Shown here one piece after another: positions 12,270-23,258 of a DNA stretch of 64,000 nucleotides (the first letter of the stretch is position 1; the number at the start of each line of letters is the position of its first letter). The translations under genes were made by a program, and so were the position numbers. The notes under the pieces were generated by a model, which was given only the letters and a program-made list of their open reading frames with translations, made no database searches and was not told the DNA's origin. Origin of the DNA: Nemertoderma westbladi (lineage: Eukaryota; Animalia; Xenacoelomorpha); NCBI GenBank assembly GCA_032718475.1, contig JAUCBJ010000533.1:115057-179056 (forward strand). Direction: 5' to 3'.

Positions 12270-12489
12270 GATTGAATATTATAACAATAGTGAAATGAAA
12301 TTATTTATAATTGGAATAGATACACCACCAATTGGGATACAATGGTAAACAATATAAAATATAAACAGAGACACAAAAGGCCTAAATATTATAAATTAAA
12401 TTTGTAAAATATATTAAATGCTAAAAAATTGCGGAGTTATAGGTGTTGCAGAGAGGCGATTGCGGACACTGTAGTGCGTGGTATCGTAA

Positions 12490-13735
12490 CCCTATCTGGC
12501 CTGGGTAATTTTGTAATTGGCCCGGGGGGGGGGGGGGGGGGGGGGGGCGTCATTTTAGAAATTGTTTAGATCTTGGCTCAAAAATTAAAATTTTGATGGT
12601 ATGAGGGTTTTCGATGTCGCTGATCACGACTAGTTATAAATATTTCCGGCAATGCAAACCCAATTTTGGTGCCATTCTGGTGCTCCAGAACGAAAAGTAC
12701 AAAAGTATACTGTGTATAGCACGAAATTATAAACTGTTTAATTTTGCCGTTGGTTTGGTAATTCTGTAGCTATACTGGTTTTCAAGGTCGCTAATCACGA
12801 TACAACCCGTTAAAAATCATATGTGGTAAGGTAACCCATAATTATCATTTATGGTGCTTGTCTGGTGGGCGAAAACTGCAAGTAGCATAAAATTTCAAAC
12901 GGCAAAAATCGGATTTGGTTGGATAATATGATATTTTTGAGTGTCATATTCGTGATAAGCGTCCAGAAAACCCATAATATCTAACAATCAGGTTGATTTG
13001 GTGATGATTTTTTATTATTAAATGTGTGGTACCGGTAGTTGTATTTTTTGTGCCGCACATTGACACATATCCAAAAATGCCATAATCAACAATGTACGAT
13101 ATATTTCAGTGTCATATTCGTGATCAGCATCCTAAGAAACCTATATATGGTACTAAAATTGAGTTGATTTCGTGGTGATTTTTCATTATCTACGGCGGCT
13201 GATCTTTGCCAATTAATTTATTTTTTTTTTATTTTTTTTTTCAGAAGTTCTCCATGACGTCATAATTTTTGGTCGACCATAAATTATGACGTCATGGAGA
13301 ACTTCTGAAAAAAAAGTAAAAAAAAAATTAATTAATTTGGCAATGATCAGCCACCGTAATTATCATATTTGCACTACTTGTTTTTTTTTGAGCCCCAGGA
13401 GGCACATTCAAAATTACCAAAAATGTTCTCGAATATTATATTTGAGTTCTATAATCGTGATCAGCATCCAAAAAACCGCTATATACTGCAAATAAATTTA
13501 TTTTAGTGAGCCATAAAATTTTTTGAAAATTTTAGCACGAAAAATACTGGAGATGGGTTCCAAAAAGGGACCACAGTACGAATACTAACATAGACATGTA
13601 AATGGCGTTTTCGCTGTTGGATAGTTAATTAAATTTTAGGAAAAGTCACGAAATTTCGGTTTTCCCAACAAACCTGAAAGATACAGATGATTTACAAAAT
13701 AAATTATAAAATGAATCCCCCCGGGCCAAATAGGG
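12490..13735. mobile_element. piggyBac-like non-autonomous element (MITE)
   Basis: TIRs CCCTATCTGGCCTGGG / CCCGGGCCAAATAGGG; right flank TTAA, left flank GTAA (degenerate TSD); internal repeats (tattcgtgat-agc) and a long palindrome at ~13190-13360. Confidence 0.75.
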
Positions 13736-15221
13736 TTAAGATTCCGGAGGTGGAACATAGTTCAAATGAAATTTTTTAAAAATGCAAAAGGAATTGCCTA
13801 ATTGCATAACCGGCAATTGTTAGCTTTTACAGTATATACTGTATAAGGTATATGATGGTATGGCAGTAGCCTATGCAGGTATGGAATTACAGTACAGTGT
13901 ATTTATTGCTGGAGTCCAAAATTTATATATTTTATTCACTACAACAGTCACTAGGGGAAACGAATAACTTCAAAATAACTGATTAGCATAGTTTGAGATT
14001 TATATTTTGGTTATCCCAGAAAAACTATTTTTCCTTGTACAAAATTTATATTTCACACCTAGTTGCCTATTGTAGAATATTTTCTTTTGGAGATGCACAC
14101 TTTGATTTACACACAGCGTTCCTACTGTATTCTGTTTAATCCTCATATCCCACACCGCTACAATGTACCGAGCAGTCCAGTGGAGCACTGAACTACCGGC
14201 AGATACCAGGGTAGGCCTACTATAAATAATGTAGGCCTACATATAACATCAATACCGTAGGCCTATACATCAGGATAATAATAAACGAGTTTGAAAATCC
14301 CGCGTTTAAAAGGGAGTTCCGGTGCCTAGCAACAACAAGGATGATTGTTATATTCACGAGCAGATGCACTATTAATAAATGCATGCTGAAAAACATTATT
14401 TAAACTTTTTACCCTTTACCTTTAACAGGCCGTGAAAGTGCTACTGAATAAATTAATCGCCAATGATAAAATGTCGACGACTAACCTAAACTAATCTAAC
14501 CTAAACGCCGGTATTGCGGCATTTAAAGAAATCATTCATAATCAAATATAAATAAATATTTTAAAGCTTAATGCAGTAATGACCATAAATATAGCGAATA
14601 ATAAGTGCAACTAATACGGTAGTAATACCCGAGTTGTGTAGTACATCAGAAGAATTCAAATACACAGTTAAATTTTTATGGTACCAGACTCAAACCCATA
14701 AAACTACTGCACATACAAATTTAAATGAAACGAGATAGGCTACGGTAATACAGTAGGCCCTATATTATAAACCAACAATACAGATTAGTGAATTGTTTGT
14801 TCAATAAACAATAAATTGTTAAATATTATATAATTAAAATGTTAATGATAGTTACAGTATAGCTGAGCAATAATGCAAACTGCAAATATACAAAGTCGAA
14901 ATTGGGTAGGCCTATATAAGTAATTAATCACAGCATTCTTAATTAAACTAATAACCTACATTATAAGTAATAATAACATACAGATACATAACAACTACAG
15001 TACATAAACATAGACACAGACTGGGTAAAAATTATATAGGCTACCGAATTTCATGAAATATAGAAAATCTAAAAATATGGAATTAGAGAGAATCTAAAAA
15101 ATAATGAAGAATCAATGCAATTCTGCTACAGTACTGTATGCGATGTCTAATGAAAACAATAATTAATCGAAAATGATATATTATAACCCAAAAAGTTGTG
15201 AGATCAAGTTGTGACGTAGAT

Positions 15222-18200
15222 TGTTCAAACCCCTAGGAGCCTATATTTTCGCCCTATCTAGTCAATGTCAGGGATAGTTGGTTACCTACTAAATTCAGAC
15301 GTTTTTCGTGGTCGCCTTTATCTTACCTGTGTTAATGCTATGTTTATCGTGTGAATTAAAGCAAAGTAAAGCAAGAAATATATTTTATCTGTTTATAGTA
15401 TTGATAATAGCGGACTTCGAACTGGTTCTGAAAGGACCAAATCATGACAAACAAACTAGTCTGAATTTATAATAACCTACGTCAGTACCCTTAAACAGCA
15501 ATACTGCAATACGGTATTTATCAGTTATGGATCCCCCCCCCCCCCCGATGATACGTCGCTGAAGAAAAAGCAAACAGCTGCGCGTCATATGAAGATGAGA
15601 TTCGTCAGGTTTACTCGGAATCTTTAACACAGATGAAAGATTTCCGTGAGAAGAAGGCAGATATTGAGTCAATTTCGTCCGGTAAAACTCAACCCGCTGT
15701 AACTACGGGAGTGGGAGGTGAACTTATGACGAAACTTGTTGATATTTTAAATAATTTACAGAGAAATAGTGAAGCCCAAGAACAATTACGGCTGATACAT
15801 TTAAAGATATAGCGGACAGTTTCGGGAAATTGGAGGTTGCAAAGTCGGAGAAAAAATTGGCTGGTTTAAATGTTCCCGATTGGAATGGCAACCACAAGAA
15901 TATTTCGGTTGGAAACGATTGTTTCAGCACACGATGAAAACTCACAATGAGACGGACAGTGAAAGTCAAATTACGAGAATGCTCAGTGTTATTCACGCGG
16001 AACACAAAAGTATGGTTTGGTGTATGAAAAATATAGATGACATTTGGACAGAGCTTGAGCGAACAGTTAAAGTTGATAATGTATTGAGATTAGTAATTAA
16101 AGATATTAAGAGTTTAAGGCCACTTAAATATTCTGTTGGAGATCGTAGAAGACCTGGAGAATTGCGATACTTCGTTCAACAAGTCCGGTTGTTTTCGACT
16201 CGTATGGATGATCTTGGAGAACAAGAGGAATTGAAATCCAAGTACCTTTTCAATGATTTAATACAGAAACTCGATGGTGATACCGCTTGTGTTTATGAAG
16301 AATTTATAAAGATAAGTTTTGGGGAGAAAGATATAAACTTTTTGTTAGAATATTTGGAGGAGAAGTCGACAATTATTTTGAACAGTAATTGTTCTAGAGC
16401 GCCTGTACAAGACAATACGAGTTCTCGATCGAGTTCACAAATTTATAGCAATGGTATAGTACGATCAAGAAATGTACATTGTGAACTTGGTTGTGAGAAT
16501 AATCATGAGATTTATTTATGTCCTGTGTTTCAACAATGTGCTGTAGATGATCGATTTAAATATGTTACAAGCACTGGACGATGTTTGAGATGTCTTCGGA
16601 AAGGTCACCACAGAATCAAGTGTGGATCTAATTTTAAATGTAGTATTTGTCAGGGCCGGGCCATCATCACTCGTTGCTTCATAGACAAAGAAGTAATCCA
16701 TCTACAGGTTCGACTGCGGTTAATGCAGTTCATAACGTAGTTCCTGGAGTTCCTCCTTCAATCCCTTCACAAATATGGATTCCTTCACCAGCTGCTCCGA
16801 ATTTTGTACCAAACGTGACTAACAATGCTTTTAATGGACCTATAAATGAAGACGATGTTTATAATGCTTTGTTGCCTATTTTAGAGATTAAAGTATTGAA
16901 TTCTCAAGGATGGTTAATTCCTGCTACCGGTACATGTTTAAAAGATTCTTGATCTGATACAACGTTGATTACAAGTCATTGTACAGAAAAACTAGGATTA
17001 TATGGTGAGGAGACAGAGCTCTAAAGGCAGCTGGTGGAAAGCTACAAAGAGAAGCCTCACAACATTTGAAATTAAATATCTGCTCGTCTGACTGCTCATC
17101 TGGACTTTATGATGTTCCAGCTTTTACATTGAAAATGTTGAGCGCTCCAGCAAAGAAAATTCGCGATGATGTGTTCTCGAACAACCACCACTTGCATCGA
17201 GTTAGAGAGAGGGTTTATAAGAAGGGTGGTGTGGTTGATATTATTCTAGGTGAAGACCAAGCATACTTATTGTATGATACTGAAATAATTGTGAGTCATG
17301 ATAAACCTAGAATGAAACCGATTGCCAAGTGTTGTAGATTGGGTTGGACAATTACTGGACCCGTAGCTTCCAAAGATATGTCAGTTTCCCGCAAATGCAG
17401 CAGTGAAGATAATTCAGACAAACGCATTTACAGAAGTAGCACCAATGAATAATGACATTCAGTCAATGTTTTTGTCGGATATTGTTGGAATTAAGGCTAC
17501 AAAGGAGTGTGTTTGTTCTGAGAAAGAGAGAGAAAAAGCTGCTTTCATTAAACATGTAAATAAATATACCGATATCTCAGATTCAGGTCATGTAAGGACA
17601 AAGTTACCCTGGAAGCCAGGATTCCCAGAAGTTCTGGAGAATAATTATAGTAAAGCTATGATGTGCATGAAGAATAGAGAAGATAAACTGAAATCAAGCG
17701 GACAATTAGAACTTTATAATAAGGCTATGCAAGAAATATTTGACAGGAAAGTGGTGGAGAAGGTTGAAGACAAGGATGTGTTGGATGGTAAACCAGCTTG
17801 GTACCTAAACCATCATGGTATATTGCAACCACAAAAACTGTCAACTCCTATTCGAATTGTATTTAATTCGCCGCTAAATATAAAGGCTTGTGTCTCAATG
17901 ATGGGTTCGAGAAGAGACCAGATTATTCAAATAGTTTATAGTTAATAGTTTATGAAGTAGTTATATTTGGAGATATTGCAAAGATGTTTAACATGATTGA
18001 ACTGTACGAGGAAGATCGTAGATTTCACCATTTTCTTTGGCGTTTTGGAGATTAAACTCTCAGTCCAACTGTTTATCAATGGATGAGACTGTCGTTCAGA
18101 GATAAGCCTGCTCCAGATATAGCTAACAATGCAGTTCGGTTTCTTATTACAAAGTATGGAGGAGAGTTTCCTAAAGCATCAAATGTATTATCAGAGAGAA

Positions 18201-18455
18201 TATTGATGACATCAGTCATTCTGAAACTAATGTTACGGAGGCCAATACCATTATAAATGAGATTGATGAACTCCTGAATAAAGGAAAATTTAGAGTTAAG
18301 GGTTGGCACTCGAATGATAAAGAAGTTGACAGAATGCCGATGATCGAGTTACAGATGTTTTGGGTCATAAATGGTCTAAAGATAGTGTTAAGGATAAGTT
18401 TACATTGAAACGCCGAGACTTGTCTTATTTGAGAGTTGACCACCATACAGCGCAT
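15222..18455 (+). mobile_element. Degenerate BEL/Pao LTR retrotransposon (putative LTR, gag, protease, partial RT)
   Basis: Putative LTR 15222-~15453 (TG...CA); three Cys/His knuckles (C...H...C, CLRCLRKGHHRIKC, CSIC...HHSLLH); protease DS*SDTT; GWTITGP; RT motifs LPWK, WYLNHH, RIVFNS, GDIAKMF; many frameshifts and stops; truncated before integrase. Confidence 0.9.
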
Positions 18456-18459
18456 CAGG

Positions 18460-19845
18460 ACATCAGTACAGTACAGTACTACAGTAGGTACCAGTAACAG
18501 TAACTGTATACCTACAGACCTAGAAGATAGGAAAGACTGAATACCGGAATACCAGAAGAGGACCGGTAGCTAAGAGACCAGTAGGTTGGATCTAACCACC
18601 ACCAAGCCAGGGTCTACTACAGTAGAGCCCAAATAATACATAATCGAACATCTCCCCCAAGAACAATGTAGGAGACATTTGTACTGAAAAAAAAATCCAA
18701 CCACCACCAATAGGTCAGCTCATTAAACTTCGAATCTTGCTGGTTGCTTGTGAGTTCTAGAACTGCGCCTGGGAAGATCGTCAGCGAACTGTACTTGTTT
18801 TTGAGGCGTAATGTCATGAAGAGAAGAGTCATCTGGGATGGAATGCAGATAACGACGATTTCTCCAATACACCCGACCATTGTCTAGTTCAATCCTGTAA
18901 TCTCTCCTAGTACCACGGGAAAGGACGATACCAGATTTGTTCCATAGTTTGGAATATGCACTCTGGATGCAAACTCGGGAACCATAAATGATTTCATGGC
19001 CTTTACAGCCCCCTCTGCATGACCATTAGACTGAGGATTATCAGGAGTAGAATACTCAGGGATGATATTCCATTCGGATAAGAAATCATGATAACATGCT
19101 GAATTAAATTGTGTACCACCATCAGAATGAAGGCAATTTGGAATACCGAAATCTTTGAACCATCCTGGAAGGGCTGAAATAACGATCAGCACGCCAAGAA
19201 TGAACGCATGGCCACCCAGAATATCTTTCGACATAAGCCAGGTATGACCACGTGCTGAAGTAGAGAAGATCAGCAGAGCAATCCTCCATTGGAAGACATG
19301 GATGATGGTCGCTGTGGAGAGACTCTTTAGGTAAACTTGGTTGATAAAGTTGACACTGGGGACAAGAATTGACAATGTTTGTAATATCGCTATTGATACC
19401 AGGCCAGAATACAGTTCGCCTAGCTCTCCTCTTAGAACGTTCAATGCCCTGATGAGCATCATGAAGGTGCTTCAGGACATCCTTGCGGAGGGAAGATGGA
19501 ATTACAATCCGGGAACCTAATAAAATAAGATTATCTTCACAAGATAACTGATGTCGCACATTCCAGAATGGGCGTATGTGCACAGAACATTGTGCGGATA
19601 TTGAGGGAAATCCAGAAATAACAGCGTCCACCAAAGCCATATAAGAAATATCATCCTTTGCAGATGATCGGATAGACTCAATATATGAATCCTTGAGATG
19701 ACTTTCTAGCATCAGATACAACAATTGAGGTAGACACGTGACGAATGACTGCGGAAACATGGTCATTGACATTTGTATCACAAAGAATATTCTCTGGAGT
19801 AGGATCCGAAACAGGGGCATGGGAAAGTGCGTCTGGGACAGTACG
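18460..19845 (-). mobile_element. Gypsy (Mag-like) pol 3' part: RNase H end, integrase, PPT and start of 3' LTR
   Basis: PDALS, HDAHQGIERSKRRARRTVFWPG...CPQC (H2C2), SDGGTQF, PQSNGHAE, YWRNRRYL...PRRSSR; purine tract GGGGGAGA followed by TGTTCG at 18650. Frameshifted and internally deleted. Confidence 0.88.
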
Positions 19846-19935
19846 AAAGCGAGAAATAAAGAAATTAGTATTGTATGAACCACGAGTGTTATAGTTATGA
19901 ACAGTATTAGATAAATGAAAGAGATTTGTTAAACC
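19846..19935 (-). mobile_element. Short CR1/L2-group LINE C-terminal fragment
   Basis: Translates LTNLFHLSNTVHNYNTRGSYNTNFFISRFRT (H.YNTR motif), wedged between two LTR-element fragments. Confidence 0.6.
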
Positions 19936-21874
19936 AGTTCTCTTCTGTTCTCTTAAAACCTCCAGTTCGGTTTCGAGTTCAGTAGTGGTGGGTTCAGGCT
20001 CCATTATTCCAATACCACTCTTATGGCAATATGTGCAATAGCACGGAACAGATCCTCATAAGTCTCGTATTGTGATTGTACTACCTGTACGATTATTCAA
20101 AATTGTCCTAAGTTAGTTTCTTGAATTTCAACTCGATATGCCAAACACCTGGCTCGACTTGTATAAGATCAATCGGAGTAATTGACACTTCCATTTTTGT
20201 TGATTTTGTTCATCTGGTGATTTAAGTGACTTGAATCTTTGGACAAAGTTTTTATAGTTCGATTAGATTTTGAACCACGTCTTTATACCAATTCAAATAC
20301 TCGTATTTTCCTCATAGTGTGTGCTTGGGGTAGCACAGAAGTTTGGTTTCAACTGATTATTCTCGATAATCCTCCACTTGGAATCCCAGCAAGTTGTTTC
20401 AGAATTTGCAGTCCAATTCTGCCTCTAATTATTTAGAATTATGTTGCCGTCAGTTCCTGAATCAAGGGAATGGACGCCAATGTAAGTTCCCGGGGTTTGC
20501 GCTAGATCCCGAAATACTATTCACCGGAATTATTGGTGTTGGGGAAACTTAGTATTTGTAATGCAGATCGTGAGAAAAGAAAAGTTTGGATTGAATGTTA
20601 ATTTATTCACTGCTAACTGATTCCTTATAGACGAACTGTTGCATCAACTAATTCTTCACAATCTGATTCTAAATAATTTTGGGCTCCCATACACCAAATA
20701 ATAAGAATAAACACATACATTGGTAATAAACCCACACTACAAACAATTTATTTAGTATTTACTTTATAGGATGACAGACTTACCCATGTCTAGTCAGTGT
20801 CTGTCATGTCTGGCAAGGGACTACAGCTTCGGTTACGTTCCGAGTCCCTTTCAGGCTCGTAATAGCTCAATTGACTGCAGTCCACTCTGGCCGTCGGTGT
20901 CGGGTGAGGATAGACAACATCCGTTATGTTCCGAGTCCTTTTCAGGGTCGTAATAGCTCCATCAGCCACCTGTAACTCCATCCGTTAATATCTGTAGTGT
21001 CTGGTGAGAGGATGCAGTTTTCCATTACGTTCCGAGTCCTTTTCAGGCTCGTAATAGCTCCATAGAATGTAAACCACTCCGTCTGTCGATATCTGCTGGT
21101 CAAGCGAGGAAATATGGTTTTCCGTCACATTCCGAGTCCTTTTCAGGCTCGTAATAGCTCCATAGACCATAATCCTCTCTGTAAGTCACAGGACATCAGT
21201 GCGAGCAGAGGAGAGCAATTTCCATTGCGTTCCAAGTCCTTTTCAGGCTCGTAATAACTCCATAGATCACAAACCCCGCTCCGTCATTGTCGGTCCTTTG
21301 TGGAGTGCTATGCTGATTGGTTCCAAGTCATTTTCAGACTCGTACTATGCACAGCAAACTAGCACACTGCGCAGGCAGTCCAAAGTCCGGCTCCCTTCCC
21401 ACTGTGTGGCCTCCTGGTCTGCTTGTTTCCGAGTCCTTTTCAGGCTCGTACTACTCACAGTAAAAGAACCTACTGGGGAAATCCGAGAAGATCCAACCAA
21501 ATTCCCACTGCGTGGCCTCCTGGACTGCTTGTTTCCGAGTCCTTTTCAGGTTCATACTACTCACAGTAAAAGAACCCACTGGGGAATAGGTTGTCCCTTC
21601 GCTCTAGGCTCGGACGCACTGCCTAGGCTAGGCTGTCAGGATTTGTACCTGAAGCCAAGTACTTGATTCGTTGAACATCAGGGCCACCTTTTAGCTTTGG
21701 AAAGCCGACAATTTAATAGTTAGCCTTTCCGGAAAACAGCCCGTAATCGAATAATTTTGGGTTTTATAACGTCTAGTTTTTTGCCCACAATGCCCGGGTA
21801 TATTTGGAATTTTCATTTGGAATTAGTTTGTGATTCGGTGGGTACCCGGAGCCAGAATGAAAAGAACGCAAACA
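19936..21874 (-). mobile_element. 5' part of an LTR retrotransposon (probably Gypsy): 1394-bp LTR (21874-20481), PBS and degenerate leader/gag start
   Basis: Minus strand TGTTTG...CTTACA termini; tTGGCGTCC PBS-like sequence immediately after; AATAAA at ~20605; TATA-like boxes at ~21765 and ~20765. LTR start differs from the one at 18650, so this is a separate element. Confidence 0.72.
20830..21590. repeat. Array of 8 conserved ~30-35 bp direct repeats with mostly non-repeated spacers, inside the LTR
   Basis: TTCC(G/A)AGTCCTTTTCAGGCTCGTA(A/C)TA with few substitutions starts at 20838, 20929, 21030, 21130, 21230, 21321, 21427, 21533 (period 91-106 bp). Confidence 0.95.
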
Positions 21875-21875
21875 T

Positions 21876-21971
21876 AAAGTAAAGCAAGAAATATGTTTTA
21901 TCTGTTTATAGTATTGATAATAGTGGACTTCGAACTGGATCTGAAAGTACCAAATCATGACAAACAAACTA
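21876..21971 (+). mobile_element. Partial second copy of the putative BEL LTR 3' portion
   Basis: Near-identical to ~15364-15458 (aaagtaaagcaagaaatat...ggacttcgaactgg...atcatgacaaacaaacta). Confidence 0.8.
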
Positions 21972-22229
21972 TGACGTATTGAGAATATGGTACTGAGGTT
22001 ATATCAGGAAGTTATGGGGTAACTGATCACAAGTTCCTCTATGGAGAGATCTCCCTCCATGTTCGAGATGACTGAGGGAGGATTGCGTCATTGCCGTTGT
22101 TGGCATTACCAGTTTGACATGCTAATACAGTAACCTGAATTTAAAGTTGTTGAGTTTCAAATCTGTAGTTTAAAGCTGTTTAGTTTAAAATTTGTAGGCA
22201 TCAATAAGACCTAAGGCTGATATTTAATG

Positions 22230-23170
22230 TAAACTTTCAGACACTAGCAGTTCAACAGTCTCCCACTGAAGGGCTATGTCTAAACATTAAATGTTCTTCC
22301 ATTTCTTGCTTTTAATTCTTTCAAGCTGAAACTTAAGCAGATTTGTAATAAATAATTAGTTATGTCATTCAAATGGGGCTAATCCGTCTGCAGTTCTTTA
22401 TTCTATACTGCTAGATGGTGAAATGTCTAGAAGTGAAATCTTTTGACCCATTCTGTTATTTATGATACATCCAAGTTGAAACTTGTCAGATATGTGCTAG
22501 AACACATCCTATATCTTTGTGGGTTCGGGAATTCTCCACTCTGCTGTCTGCTGCTAGAGGGCGAAATGTATGAAGTGATAACCTTATCCACTTCCTTGAT
22601 CTTAATCTGTTTTAAGCTGAATCATATAATATATGTACCAGACCGCATGCTGTGTCTTTTTGAGGAAAGTGATTTATCAGCAGTTTTCTAGTCTGCCGTT
22701 AGAGGTCGAACTGTCTGTAAGTGAAAACCTTCACACATTTCCGTGATTTGAATTAATTCGTTTAAGCTGAATCTTGTCTTATACAGTACTGTATGTTGTA
22801 CTATAGGCCTACCCGTCTACCACATGGTGTGTCTTTGTGAAGGTGATTGGTCTGCAGCAGTTTTCCAGTCTAGATGGCGTAATACCTGAAAGTGAAAAGC
22901 TTCCAACTTTCCTTGATTTTAATCCATTTAAGCTGAAACTTTGCGTTTATACTAGAGAAAAATGGCTGCTTATTTGTGGGATGGTACTCCATCTACACTT
23001 CTACAGTTTGCCGCTAGAGGTCGACATATCTGAAAGTGAAAACCTTCTTTCACTTCGTTATCCGTTTAAGTTCCATTTGGCGGACATGCTAGACTGTAGA
23101 CCATCCATAGGCTACAGTACCTCTTTGTTGGGACGGTAATCTCTCAGCAGTTCTCCATTCTAGCGCTAGT
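22230..23170. repeat. Old, diverged copies (~6) of the 147-bp satellite in opposite orientation
   Basis: E.g. gtctgctgctagagggcgaaatgtatgaagtgataaccttatcc matches the reverse complement of the 5190-7810 monomer. Confidence 0.85.
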
Positions 23171-23258
23171 GCACTGATTTCATAACATTTTAGTAATGTC
23201 TATGGGAAATTATGCCATATCAATTTCAGAATATTCCACCAAGAGCCAAGACGATGGG

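Noticed and set aside
14318-14335. RFX X-box-like motif (gtgcctagcaac)
   Set aside because: A single short match with no demonstrable adjacent transcription start; not supportable alone.
18617-18880. Possible env-like hydrophobic ORF
   Set aside because: Another frame gives the normal Gypsy integrase C-terminus (YWRNRRYL, PRRSSR).
20838-20870. Hammerhead ribozyme in the LTR repeat (CTGA...GAAA-like words)
   Set aside because: Lacks a proper CUGANGA core and a GAAA after stem II; it fits a simple GNRA hairpin better.
20830-21590. Bona fide prokaryotic CRISPR array
   Set aside because: Eukaryotic LTR context, no cas genes, and spacers are long, structured and partly related. Kept only as a repeat-spacer array of unknown function.
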